From IMG/VR virus record IMGVR_UViG_3300050821_006049: a DNA stretch of 64,000 nucleotides, one strand, 5' to 3'. Source of the DNA: a virus. The notes under the pieces are model-generated. The model saw only the letters and a list, made by a program, of their open reading frames with translations. It made no database searches and was not told the origin of the DNA. Within the stretch, counting starts at the first letter, position 1. Every line of letters starts with the position of its first letter. This document shows, piece after piece, positions 1 to 8,757 of the stretch. The translations under genes were made by a program, and so were the position numbers.

Positions 1-1247
1 GCGGCGGGGTTCAGCGTCAGCACGCCACGGATCACTTCGTCGGCAGAGACAAGATCGCCGATATTCCCCATCAAGCCGCCTCCGAGGTTCTTCCGCCCCT
101 CGAATACAGCCCGATGGATTACGTCTTTCTCGATCGCCTTGAGGGAGCCGTACTCATTCTTCAGAGCCTGATATCCTGGCCCGGTTGCGCCTTCGATCGC
201 TTTGTCCAGGCCAGACCGAAACTGGTTCGCGACCATCGCATCAACCCCGGCACGGCCCGCCGTTTCATAGGTCGGGCTTTTGTAGAATGCCTTGAGAGAC
301 TGGTTGAGATTCTGAATTGCCCTTTGCGCATCCACGGTCGAATACGAGCCCCTGACGGCCAAGCGGCCAGCTTGGTCCTCGGCGTACTTTGCCAACTCGG
401 GATGAAGATCGCGCACGACCGGATCAGCGGCGATTTTCTGCAATTCGCTGGCCGCAGGATGAAGATCGACTCTGGCCCCGGCCTGCCCCGCCGCCCGGGC
501 CATCGCATCGTATTTCTCGAATATCGACTGCTTGGTCTGATCGATCGCATCGCCGAATTGCTCGATCGTCTTCGGCAACTTGCCCGCGGTCTCGCCCTCT
601 TCCCCGACGAACCGCAGCGCCGGCTTGTTGGCGACGATGGAATCAATCGCAGATCTAGCCTGTTGATTGTATTTAGCCAACTCTGGGGCCGTCCCTGCCC
701 TTTCAACGGTCGGCTTGATCGCTCGCTGGTAGGCCGACTTGATGAAGCTGTCGACCTTCCCCGCGCTGTTGCTGGCGATTGCATCGCCCAACCCCCCGGC
801 GGTGAGACCGAACGGCAGAGTGCCGCCCGCCGTCTCCGCCATGCGCTCCGGCGTCGTACTCGGGCGCTTCATTCCGAAAGCGTCCAGCACCTTATCGGTC
901 ATCTCCTGCGGAGACGCTGCATCGGGCCAACCCATGTGCCGCGCGAGAGGCTTGTAGACCGCCGTCGCAAGCTCAGTCAGGCCGGCCGCGCCCGCGCCCG
1001 CGCCCGCCCCTACGGCCGTCCCGATCCCAGGGATAACCGAGCCCGCAGCGGCCCCTATACCCGCGCCCGCCGCGATCGGGGCTAGACCCCGGGTGAACGA
1101 GGCCGCGAGACCGCCCGCTGAGGTCTCCCCTTCCCGCGGCTCACCCGATCCAGCAGCTAGCGTCGGCTTAGCCGGATCAAAAGCCGGCGCATTCCCCGTA
1201 ACGGCCTGTGAGGGCTTGCTGGGGTCGAACGGTGGCGGATCGGCCAT
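1..1247 (-). CDS. Virion internal/ejection-type protein, partial (C-terminus lies left of the window; >=415 aa)
   Basis: Runs off the left edge, so it is absent from the ORF track. My translation of the minus strand from ATG 1245-1247 (TAATG overlap with the upstream stop) stays open to position 3: MADPPPFDPSKPSQAVTGNAPAFDPAKPTLAAGSGEPREGE...GAGIGAAAGSVIPGIGTAVGAGAGAGAAGL...KYNQQARSAIDSIVANKPALRF. The Arg-rich + ORF 114-1085 is its antisense shadow. Role inferred only from position after the lysozyme-domain protein. Confidence 0.55.
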   Translation of the reverse strand, partial: MADPPPFDPSKPSQAVTGNAPAFDPAKPTLAAGSGEPREGETSAGGLAASFTRGLAPIAAGAGIGAAAGSVIPGIGTAVGAGAGAGAAGLTELATAVYKPLARHMGWPDAASPQEMTDKVLDAFGMKRPSTTPERMAETAGGTLPFGLTAGGLGDAIASNSAGKVDSFIKSAYQRAIKPTVERAGTAPELAKYNQQARSAIDSIVANKPALRFVGEEGETAGKLPKTIEQFGDAIDQTKQSIFEKYDAMARAAGQAGARVDLHPAASELQKIAADPVVRDLHPELAKYAEDQAGRLAVRGSYSTVDAQRAIQNLNQSLKAFYKSPTYETAGRAGVDAMVANQFRSGLDKAIEGATGPGYQALKNEYGSLKAIEKDVIHRAVFEGRKNLGGGLMGNIGDLVSADEVIRGVLTLNPA

Positions 1248-3274
1248 TACTGCGATGGGGCGACAGGCTCATATTTGCCGCCCTTCCATGTGTATCGCCA
1301 TCCGTTCTGGATCTGATCGGGATGCCCTTGATCCGAAATTCCGTGACTCTTTACAAAATCGGCAAAACTCTCGCTGGGCTTGCCTCGCATGGTAAATGAC
1401 AACGCTTGCGCCGGGGTCCAAAAAATTGCGTTAGACAATGACTTACGCATAGTCTTGGCGTATTCCTTCTCGTCGTTCGACACCAAATTAGAATGCGATA
1501 GCGCCTCAAGAGCATTATCGGCGCTCTGTCGAATGCGGGCCAATTTGAACAGCGAGACACCTATCGAGTTACCCTCTTGCGGAATGAGCGGGTCCATCGC
1601 TGTCGCCGCCCAATGCCCTCCGTAAACCGGAGACATCAAGATCGAAAGCTCGCGCGATACCCCGGCCATACTCGCCTGCATCAGCGCCGCCTCGTTGCTG
1701 GTTAACTGTCGCGCCAAATCGCCCTTGAGCGCTTCAGGCATGCTAGTGCCGGGGACAACCGACCCAAGCATCCCGGTCGTTGTCCCAACCGGCAAGTTTA
1801 CGGCGTTTTCCAGGTCCGACTGGACCTCTCGCGCCCCGATCTCCTGTCGGACAACCTGCTGACCGGCACGTCCGCCGGCCCCCGCAGCCCCCGGCGAGAC
1901 TTCCCTGATTTGTTGCCCCTCTTCCAATTTGACGGGCTCGCCAGACTGAGAAACAACCCACCCCGGAGAGTCCTTACGCTCGCGGGCAAGAAAAGTGCGA
2001 ACCACGGCCCCGTCTTTATCTAAAACCTGGACGGTCTTACTCGCCTCAAACTCACCACCGCGACCTCCAGCCTGTTGCCGAATTTGATGAACCGCCTCGA
2101 TCTCTTGTTCCGGCGTGAAGTGCTGGCCCGTCTTGACAAAAAACGCCTGATCCATGTCGGCGAAAATCTTTTGCTCGGGCGGCTGTAATTCGCGCTTCAA
2201 ATCAGCGGCGTCGTGCCAGTGCTGGATCTGCGCCTGATTCTTTTCGGCCGCCTGATGTGCCCGATCGAGGGCGATTTCTTCCTGAATCAGCCGAGACATA
2301 TCGCCAGACCCGGCCATCGCCGCCATGCGCTCGTTGCCCAGCGCCGAGAGCATGATCTGGAGTTTCGAGGTCTTCTCGCTCGCGTCCATATGCTCATCGT
2401 AAAGGAGGTCTCGCAGCGACTGATGCTGAAACGAGGCCATCTTCATCATGACATCGGTATGGAACTTCCATGCGTCGTAATTCCGCTGGTACGCCTCCTG
2501 ATCGCCGTTGTTGTATGCGGTCATCGCCGCCGCCCCAGCCGTGAGCGACGCCGTCAAGGGCTGCCGGGTCAGCAGGCCGCCGAGGATGCCGAGAAGCGTC
2601 GCGACACCGCCGAAGCGTTGCGCCATATCGCGCGGGTTGGCCGATGGCGGATTGGCCGAGAGCTCCAGCGCCTTTTCCTGATACTCGGCGGCCTTCTGCT
2701 GCGCCTCGCGCAACGCCTTCATCGTATCGGAGTCACGGCCGCCCGACGCGGCAACACCTTGGAGGATCTTCTCCGTCTCGGCGCTAATGCGGTCAAGGTG
2801 TGCCTGCCGAGATGCCCGGTCCTTCTGCCAGTCGGCAATCATCGGGTCGGCTAGCGCCGCGCCCGGCCGCTCGTACTGAGCAGAGAACGCTTGGCGGGCC
2901 GCATCCGACGGTTCCGAACTCATTACCGCCTCAAGCGCCGGCTTTTCGGTCGTGTTGAGTTCTTGCCACAGGAAATCGAGCTGCTGCTGGGCGGTTGGCG
3001 AGGGGCCATATTGGGCGGTAAGGCGGCGCTGGCGATCGCCGCGCCATTGAGCGAGCCCGATTGCGCCCTGACCGCCGCCGGCCGGATTGAATGCCGTCGG
3101 GTCAAGCCCGCTCTCCCCGGAGAGCGCTTGAGTCACTCCCTGTGCTTGGGCGGGCGTCAGTCCTTTGGACGTGAAATAGCCGATTGCTTGCTGTGGCGAG
3201 ATCGCCCCGCTACCACCACCGCTGCTGCGGGCGGCGCGCGCTATCGGGTCGTCCAGAAGTGCGGCATCAGGCAT
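1247..3274 (-). CDS. Internal virion protein with N-terminal peptidoglycan-hydrolase (phage tail lysozyme-type) domain
   Basis: ORF 1247-3334. Start moved to ATG 3272-3274 (MPDAALLDDP...), 1 nt after the stop of the upstream gene. 'GLTPAQAQGVTQALSGESGLDPTAFNPAGGGQGAIGLAQWRGDRQRRL...QQLDFLWQEL' fits the phage tail lysozyme pattern (ES..fnP..GG.GiaQW..dR). The long helical remainder is typical of podovirus ejection proteins. Confidence 0.7.
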   Translation of the reverse strand: MPDAALLDDPIARAARSSGGGSGAISPQQAIGYFTSKGLTPAQAQGVTQALSGESGLDPTAFNPAGGGQGAIGLAQWRGDRQRRLTAQYGPSPTAQQQLDFLWQELNTTEKPALEAVMSSEPSDAARQAFSAQYERPGAALADPMIADWQKDRASRQAHLDRISAETEKILQGVAASGGRDSDTMKALREAQQKAAEYQEKALELSANPPSANPRDMAQRFGGVATLLGILGGLLTRQPLTASLTAGAAAMTAYNNGDQEAYQRNYDAWKFHTDVMMKMASFQHQSLRDLLYDEHMDASEKTSKLQIMLSALGNERMAAMAGSGDMSRLIQEEIALDRAHQAAEKNQAQIQHWHDAADLKRELQPPEQKIFADMDQAFFVKTGQHFTPEQEIEAVHQIRQQAGGRGGEFEASKTVQVLDKDGAVVRTFLARERKDSPGWVVSQSGEPVKLEEGQQIREVSPGAAGAGGRAGQQVVRQEIGAREVQSDLENAVNLPVGTTTGMLGSVVPGTSMPEALKGDLARQLTSNEAALMQASMAGVSRELSILMSPVYGGHWAATAMDPLIPQEGNSIGVSLFKLARIRQSADNALEALSHSNLVSNDEKEYAKTMRKSLSNAIFWTPAQALSFTMRGKPSESFADFVKSHGISDQGHPDQIQNGWRYTWKGGKYEPVAPSQ

Positions 3275-3275
3275 A

Positions 3276-4694
3276 TCACGCTGCCGGCGCGGGTGCCGTC
3301 GCTGGGCGCAGAGGCCCGGCGAGCGAGCCGGCAAACGCCGCCAAGGCCCGCTGCAAATTCTGATCCTGCTGAATCTGCGAGTTCATCAGATTCGTATAGA
3401 TATTGCTTTCAAGGCCGGTGGCGCTGGTCGCGAGGCCCGCTTCACTGACTCCAGTATTGACCAGTTGGTTGGCGATATCGAATTTCTGCGCCGCAGTTTG
3501 CTGGTCGATATTCCCGACCGCCTCCGCCGCCATCGTCGAGTTGCCAAGGCCCAGCGAAGCGAACTTGGAAAGGGTTGCCGCCTTGGCCGATGCCGCGGCC
3601 TGATCAATCGCCGATTCGGCCCCTGCCGGCAGCGCTCCCGTGTTGACGGCGTTGAGATTCTGGTTCGCCTGCGCCGTCAGCCCGCCCGCCGTATTCGCCA
3701 GATTTCCCGCCGCTGCCGTCAGGTTTCCCTGTTGCGGCAGAGGCTTGTTTCCCATCAGCGCCTCTGCCCCGAGGACGCCCCCGCCCAGCAGCAAGCCAGG
3801 GTTGCCCTTGACGAATGAGGCCGCATTCGAGAGCCAATCCGGCGTCGTCGTCATCCCTGTCCCGACACCCGGCGTGGCGGCATTCGTCGCCGTACCCCCG
3901 ATGCTCGGCGGCGCGCTCAGTAAGGCGTCCGCGCTCGGCGTTCCGAGCCCGGTCGAGACATCCGGCAGCCCGCTCACCGTCGAAGTCGGTAGCGTGGCAG
4001 CGGAAGTGTCGGTAAGCGCTCCAAAGAAATTCGGGGCGCCGGATGCGCCGGAGACCGTAGCCGGCCCGAGCTGGCCAATCGGCAACGCTGACGATGCCCC
4101 GGTAATGTTGCCCAAATCCCCCGCAGAGACATTCGCCGAGCCTGGCCCGGACACTCCGGCCAGCGTCCCGGTCGATGGGATCGAAGTCCCGCCGAGCGAG
4201 GCGGTCAGATTTGGCGCGGACCCGCCGCCGGTTCCCGCCGCCAGCCCAGAAAAGTCGGCTGTCCCACCGGGCGCCGCCGGAGCCCCACCACCACCCGCCA
4301 CAGCTCCGCCAGCGCCCGCGGCTGCGGGCAAACCGCCGACCGAAGTAACTCCGCCCGCGAAATCAGTCGGCGTATTGACCAGCGTCGTGCCGGGGGCGCC
4401 ACCGACACCGCCAACCGCCGGGAGCCCAGCCGTATCGGTCCCAGCGCTCGCCCCACCACTGAACAGAGACGGAGCGATCGCGGCCGTTGCCCCCGACAGC
4501 GCGCCCGATTCCAGCCCTTGCAGTGCCGCCTGGCCTGGTTTCTCTCCCGAGATAAGGCCGCCGCCGAAGCCACCCAATCCGCCGCCGAGTCCGGCACCCA
4601 GGAAGGCCGGGATACCGATCTCCGGCGCGATAAGGCTGCCAAGCAGCCCGCCGCCCGCGCCGAGGAGATCGCCGATCAGCCCCTTGCCGCTCAT
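3276..4694 (-). CDS. Gly/Ala/Thr-rich low-complexity virion protein (internal/ejection protein candidate)
   Basis: 472-aa ORF. MSGKGLIGDLLGAGGGLLGSL... has long G/A/T/S tracts, then an ordered C-terminal ~90 aa (NIDQQTAAQKFDIANQLVNTGVSEAGL). ATGA overlap with the upstream gene at 4691-4694. Confidence 0.6.
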   Translation of the reverse strand: MSGKGLIGDLLGAGGGLLGSLIAPEIGIPAFLGAGLGGGLGGFGGGLISGEKPGQAALQGLESGALSGATAAIAPSLFSGGASAGTDTAGLPAVGGVGGAPGTTLVNTPTDFAGGVTSVGGLPAAAGAGGAVAGGGGAPAAPGGTADFSGLAAGTGGGSAPNLTASLGGTSIPSTGTLAGVSGPGSANVSAGDLGNITGASSALPIGQLGPATVSGASGAPNFFGALTDTSAATLPTSTVSGLPDVSTGLGTPSADALLSAPPSIGGTATNAATPGVGTGMTTTPDWLSNAASFVKGNPGLLLGGGVLGAEALMGNKPLPQQGNLTAAAGNLANTAGGLTAQANQNLNAVNTGALPAGAESAIDQAAASAKAATLSKFASLGLGNSTMAAEAVGNIDQQTAAQKFDIANQLVNTGVSEAGLATSATGLESNIYTNLMNSQIQQDQNLQRALAAFAGSLAGPLRPATAPAPAA

Positions 4695-5320
4695 TTCAGC
4701 AGCGACTTCTCATAAGCGCCAGCAGCCGCATCGTAGCCGATGCGCTTGGCGACCATCTCGGCGTTGACCTGGTCGCACAACTCAAACTTGAATTGCGCGG
4801 CGTTGATAGACCGCGCCCATGCCTCGCCCGCCACGTAGATGCCGATGACCTCCAGCTGCACCTTGCGCGGATCGAGGTCGCGGTCGCGCTTACCGATTAC
4901 CACGAGATCCCAGACGATACCGCGCGGCTCCCAGGGTAATACGTCACAAACAAATATGCCCTGCGCGTTGTCGGTACGCAGATAGCGATACCGGCCGCCG
5001 CGCACCGCGAGCCGAAGGAACGGGACCAAACCCTCGGGTGTAGCGCGGGGATAGCGTTTCTTGATCCGGTCGAGCCCCCACGGCACAAGTTCCTCAATCT
5101 CGCTTTCCATGACCGGGCGGACGGTGTTCTGCTTGACGCCGCCAGACAGCGCGAACTCCCCTTCTGCCTGTTTGAGCGTGTAAAGCGGCGGCGGTTCCGC
5201 AGTCATCCGATCTAGCGTCGGGTTGGGCAATGTCGCCTCAACCTTCTGCGCCGTGATTATTGGATCGATCGGCGGCAGCGGAGCCAGATTTCTGATCATC
5301 CTCGCATGATGCTGAACCAT
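4691..5320 (-). CDS. Hypothetical virion-module protein (209 aa)
   Basis: Uninterrupted ORF in the operon frame pattern, with an ATGA overlap to the downstream gene. No family recognised (…RGGRYRYLRTDNAQGIFVCDVLPWEPRGIVWDLVVIGK…). Confidence 0.55.
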   Translation of the reverse strand: MVQHHARMIRNLAPLPPIDPIITAQKVEATLPNPTLDRMTAEPPPLYTLKQAEGEFALSGGVKQNTVRPVMESEIEELVPWGLDRIKKRYPRATPEGLVPFLRLAVRGGRYRYLRTDNAQGIFVCDVLPWEPRGIVWDLVVIGKRDRDLDPRKVQLEVIGIYVAGEAWARSINAAQFKFELCDQVNAEMVAKRIGYDAAAGAYEKSLLK

Positions 5321-5324
5321 TGTT

Positions 5325-5660
5325 TTACCCCGTCAACGCGATCTGCCACTTGCGGTGTTCGTCCGCGTGCAAAAAGATCCACGACGCTACCTCATCCGGC
5401 TTCTGAAAGTCCAGAACGCTCAAGTCATTGCCGCCGACCCCGAGAATGCCGTTGATCTGGTTGTGTGAAGCCTGATGGTTCAAAAGCCACCCGGTAACAT
5501 CCTCGGTCGGCAGCGGATCGAAGACGTATTGGCTCACCTGAATGTTGAACTTAGCGAGGATCGAGGCGGAAGTATCAATGTGGTCGGCGGCATTCGCCAG
5601 CGCGAACGCCGATATGTCGCCAGGCGTCGCCGGAACCGAGAAGAGGGTAGCTAGGCTCAT
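5325..5660 (-). CDS. Hypothetical virion-module protein (111 aa)
   Basis: Start taken at ATG 5658-5660 (MSLATLFSVPATPGDISAF...), which forms an ATGA overlap with the stop of the 749-aa gene. The first 74 codons of ORF 5325-5882 overlap that gene and were discarded. Confidence 0.5.
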   Translation of the reverse strand: MSLATLFSVPATPGDISAFALANAADHIDTSASILAKFNIQVSQYVFDPLPTEDVTGWLLNHQASHNQINGILGVGGNDLSVLDFQKPDEVASWIFLHADEHRKWQIALTG

Positions 5661-7909
5661 CAAACCCTCAACGACAAATCGCGCAGCATCAAAAGCGCCG
5701 TAATCAGCGCAAAGTCCGCCGAGTTGGAGGTCATCGTGAAGCCCATCGCCTGGCCGGACGGAGCGCTTGCGCTTGACCGCCCCCAAGCAATGCCGCTCGC
5801 CCCGGTAAAAGCGCCCTGTGTGACCGCTACCGATCCACTCTCGCTGTCGATCGTCCAGGTCAGGGTCGTATTCGAGTAGCACTCAAACAGCGCTTGAATG
5901 GCCCAAGCCTGCTTCTGTATTTCGATGCCGGGCTGAATCCATAGCTTCGATTGCAGGCGCTTCGTCAGGTCCACCGATGGCGCCTGGAACAGAGGATAAA
6001 AATTGGCTCCGTCCGTGCCGTAGGCGGTCAAGGTCGAGTTGACCTCCAGGGAGTTGATCAGGAAGATATTTGCCGATTGGCTCCCGGTCCACCAGCGCTT
6101 GCCGTTCCACAACAGGAACCCGGTGCGCAACCCTTCAAACGGATCAACGATCGGGTAAAGCACGCACAAGGTGTCAACGGAGAAGATTTGCGCGACCGCC
6201 GACGACACTTGGTTGAACCCGACAAGCGGGGCCGTGTTGAAAATGCCGTCGAGCTGGGGCGACGCCTTCTGGACCGCGCCGCCGGTAATCACATAGACGC
6301 CCTTGGCGTTCACGAAGGCGATCGACCGGCTATAGGTTGTTACCGAATCATGCCAGCGGGCGCCGATTTGCGGGTCGATGTTGAGGTTCGAAAACGTCGT
6401 GATTGACGGCGTGCCGGAGGTTGTGACCCCGCTGATATAATTGACCGACGAATCGCCGATCAGATAAAGGAACCCGTTCGATTGGCGCAGATGAACATAG
6501 GAGTTCCGCAGAAATGAGTCGGTCGATTGGAACGCCCCGCCGCCGTTGATCCCAAATTCCACCAGAGAGGTCGGCGCGGTGAACAGAATCCGGTTCCCGT
6601 CGGCGATCCATACCCGTCCGACATAGGTCTCGATGTCGGTTCCCTGGACCCCGAAAGGCATCATCTCGATGTGGCCCGCGGCCGGCCCACCCCCGCCGAC
6701 AAACTGGACGACCGGGGCCGGCGAATGCGGATAGCCAAAACCGCCCTGGCTCGGATAATCGAAGACGACACCGATCACTTGGGCGTTCTGAAAAACCACT
6801 CGGCCGCCGGCCCCAGATCCGGTCGAGGCCAAGTAATTTACCGTCGGCGTCGAGGTGTAATCGGAACCGCCGTTGATCATGGTGACGCCGGTAATCACCC
6901 CGCTCTCGATGACCCCCGCGAACACCGCGCTGCCGCCACCGCCGCCAGAAGTCGCGATGGTGACGCCGCCGGTGTAGCCGGAGCCCCCGGAGAGAACCTG
7001 GACGCCGGTGATCACCCCGCCGCTGAGCGAGGTCACGACCGCGACCGCACCCGATCCGCCCGATACCGGAGTAATCGTCAGCAGGGGAATGCTGGTAAAT
7101 CCCGAACCGCCGGAGATCACGGTGATGCTGGTCAGCACGTTGTCGGTGACGATTGCGGTCCCGTAGGCGGTCGTACCGCGACCACCGCCGGAGAAGATCA
7201 TCGCCGCTTGATCACCGAGCGAATAGCCCGATCCCGGAGCGGTGACATTGACCTGGTCAACCAACCCGAATTGCTCTGTCGCGACCGCCGCACCACCGCT
7301 GCCGGTGCCGCCGAAGATGACCGCTACCGAGGGATTGGAGGTGTAGCCGGAACCGGGGTCGTCGATTACCGCGACCGGGCTCAAAGTGCCTGCCTGGAAC
7401 AGATTGGTTCCGTCCCAGATGAAATAGCCGTTGCCGGAATCCGACGTGGTGACGATCAGCAGCACGTTCTCGCCGGCCAGGCCCGCCTGACAGAGCGCCA
7501 CCTGGAACGCTTCCGGTTGAAATGTACCGGGCGGCGCTACCGCCGTTACGGCGCTGCTCACGACATCGACCGCGACGGCGCTCCCGTCATCCAGGAACAG
7601 GATCGCGTAGCTGTTCGATGGCGTGGTGAAGAAGTCGAACTCGACGATGCGACGCCCGAGTGCCCCGGCATTGTAGATAGACGGCCCGAGATCGGGTAGG
7701 CACCGCAGGAAATTATCGCCGATAGGGACCAGATTATCGCACCACGCCATCTCTTCGTCAGCGATCGAGGCGCGGCCGACCTGGGTGTTGAGTGTGGTAA
7801 ACCGCGAGAGCTGGTGCGGACTGATATTGGTCGGCAGGCCGGGAACCGGCGACGGCGAGGCCGGAAGACCGCCGCGCTCGCTCACGTTGACACGGCGAGC
7901 GCGGCGCAT
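5660..7909 (-). CDS. Tail hub / tail-tubular-B-like structural protein with internal GSGYT tandem repeats
   Basis: 749-aa ORF between adaptor-like genes and internal virion proteins. This is the position and size of the large tail tube/nozzle protein of podoviruses. It contains six ~40-aa repeats. Family not verifiable without a search. Confidence 0.6.
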   Translation of the reverse strand: MRRARRVNVSERGGLPASPSPVPGLPTNISPHQLSRFTTLNTQVGRASIADEEMAWCDNLVPIGDNFLRCLPDLGPSIYNAGALGRRIVEFDFFTTPSNSYAILFLDDGSAVAVDVVSSAVTAVAPPGTFQPEAFQVALCQAGLAGENVLLIVTTSDSGNGYFIWDGTNLFQAGTLSPVAVIDDPGSGYTSNPSVAVIFGGTGSGGAAVATEQFGLVDQVNVTAPGSGYSLGDQAAMIFSGGGRGTTAYGTAIVTDNVLTSITVISGGSGFTSIPLLTITPVSGGSGAVAVVTSLSGGVITGVQVLSGGSGYTGGVTIATSGGGGGSAVFAGVIESGVITGVTMINGGSDYTSTPTVNYLASTGSGAGGRVVFQNAQVIGVVFDYPSQGGFGYPHSPAPVVQFVGGGGPAAGHIEMMPFGVQGTDIETYVGRVWIADGNRILFTAPTSLVEFGINGGGAFQSTDSFLRNSYVHLRQSNGFLYLIGDSSVNYISGVTTSGTPSITTFSNLNIDPQIGARWHDSVTTYSRSIAFVNAKGVYVITGGAVQKASPQLDGIFNTAPLVGFNQVSSAVAQIFSVDTLCVLYPIVDPFEGLRTGFLLWNGKRWWTGSQSANIFLINSLEVNSTLTAYGTDGANFYPLFQAPSVDLTKRLQSKLWIQPGIEIQKQAWAIQALFECYSNTTLTWTIDSESGSVAVTQGAFTGASGIAWGRSSASAPSGQAMGFTMTSNSADFALITALLMLRDLSLRV
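6686..7378 (-). repeat. Coding tandem repeat: six ~40-aa units with a G-S-G-Y/F-T/S core
   Basis: Residues ~178-408 of the 749-aa protein. Cores are GSGYT(186), GSGYS(226), GSGFT(268), GSGYT(309), GSDYT(348) and GGFGY(389), each followed by a GGG.G..A run (e.g. 'VLSGGSGYTGGVTIATSGGGGGSAVFAGVIESGVITGV'). One related unit ('ASGAGYASAPGVVL') occurs in the 281-aa protein at 12175-13020. Confidence 0.7.
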
Positions 7910-7983
7910 TCATAGTGGGCGGGCGCGGGAGGCGAGGATACGCCTCGCCGCGACCCTAACCACCAGCCCCAGAGGAGGGCGAG

Positions 7984-8439
7984 ATGGATAGCCACGACAT
8001 TATCGGATGGAGCAAAATTCCGCCAGACGGCGATAGTTCGTTTATTTGCTCGTGCGGCCAGAAAGCCCCACTTTCTGAATGGGGCGCCCACAAAGATGGG
8101 CCGCCTAAATATCCAGAACTGGCTAGGCGTATTGCTCGTGCGATCTGCATGGAAGACGATCCAGATTGCTACGCTCAAGAACTGGTGATAACGCAACCCG
8201 GAGAAAAACCCGAAAGCAAACCTCTTTGGGAATGGCATATTCCAAGAGCATTTGCCGTCCTCTATGCAATCCGGGAGCCAACCGAGGCGATGCGCGCGGC
8301 GGCTCGTAACCGAATTTGGGAATTTTTGTCGGACTACGCAGACTCTCATCCAGACCCGAAAGGCGAACATCCCGAAAGTGCCGAGCGGGTTGCCGCGGAT
8401 GTGTGGCGAGAGATGAGCGCCGCAGCTCTGAAGGAGTGA
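7984..8439 (+). CDS. Hypothetical protein, first gene of an antisense-oriented cassette inside the virion operon
   Basis: 151-aa ORF with a GAGGAGGG RBS just upstream. It lies on the opposite strand to both flanking structural genes. The first ~350 nt are visibly AT-richer. Carries the motif 'REPTEAMRAAARNRIWEF'. Confidence 0.6.
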   Translation: MDSHDIIGWSKIPPDGDSSFICSCGQKAPLSEWGAHKDGPPKYPELARRIARAICMEDDPDCYAQELVITQPGEKPESKPLWEWHIPRAFAVLYAIREPTEAMRAAARNRIWEFLSDYADSHPDPKGEHPESAERVAADVWREMSAAALKE

Positions 8440-8442
8440 GCG

Positions 8443-8757
8443 ATGTCCCAGCAGCCCGAGACCCTGCACCCCGGAACCTACATCAACCCCGACACCGGGG
8501 TCATCATCGCCGTTCGCGGCGGGCCGCCAAAGCCGAAGCCGCCGCCCGTCGTGGTGCTCGCCGCGCAGGCGATGCAACCGGCCTCGCCGACCGGCACGCA
8601 TTGGGATCAGGGGCTTTACCGGGATGCCATGCTTGACATGGCGGCACTCGCCATCGGCGTGCTTCAATACCCGACCGACGCGATGATGGCGGCCTTCCAC
8701 GACGCCACGCCGACGGAGTTCGCAAACGCCATCAGGATCGCGCTGGGGCTCAGTTGA
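8443..8757 (+). CDS. Hypothetical protein, second gene of the antisense cassette
   Basis: 104-aa ORF starting 3 nt after the previous stop. Pro/Lys linker 'GGPPKPKPPPVVV', motif 'YPTDAMMAAFHDATP'. Its 3' end overlaps the convergent gene 8750-9778 by 8 nt. Confidence 0.55.
   Translation: MSQQPETLHPGTYINPDTGVIIAVRGGPPKPKPPPVVVLAAQAMQPASPTGTHWDQGLYRDAMLDMAALAIGVLQYPTDAMMAAFHDATPTEFANAIRIALGLS

Noticed and set aside
114-1085. 323-aa + strand ORF (and the nested ORFs 161-784 on the minus strand, 389-658 and 739-957 on the plus strand)
   Set aside because: The composition is Arg/Pro-rich and typical of an antisense shadow in GC-rich DNA. The minus strand carries an open, protein-like frame that is coupled (TAATG) to the upstream gene and runs off the window edge.
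3640-4767. 375-aa Pro/Ala-rich + strand ORF
   Set aside because: It is the antisense shadow of the Gly/Ala-rich minus-strand gene 3276-4694. It has no RBS and no operon context.
6527-7699. 390-aa + strand ORF. The same class includes 12112-12996, 17809-18705, 20954-21859 and 38307-39026 on the + strand, and 40226-40933 and 41405-42007 on the - strand.
   Set aside because: All are Arg/Asp/Gly-rich reverse-frame ORFs lying entirely inside better-supported genes on the opposite strand.
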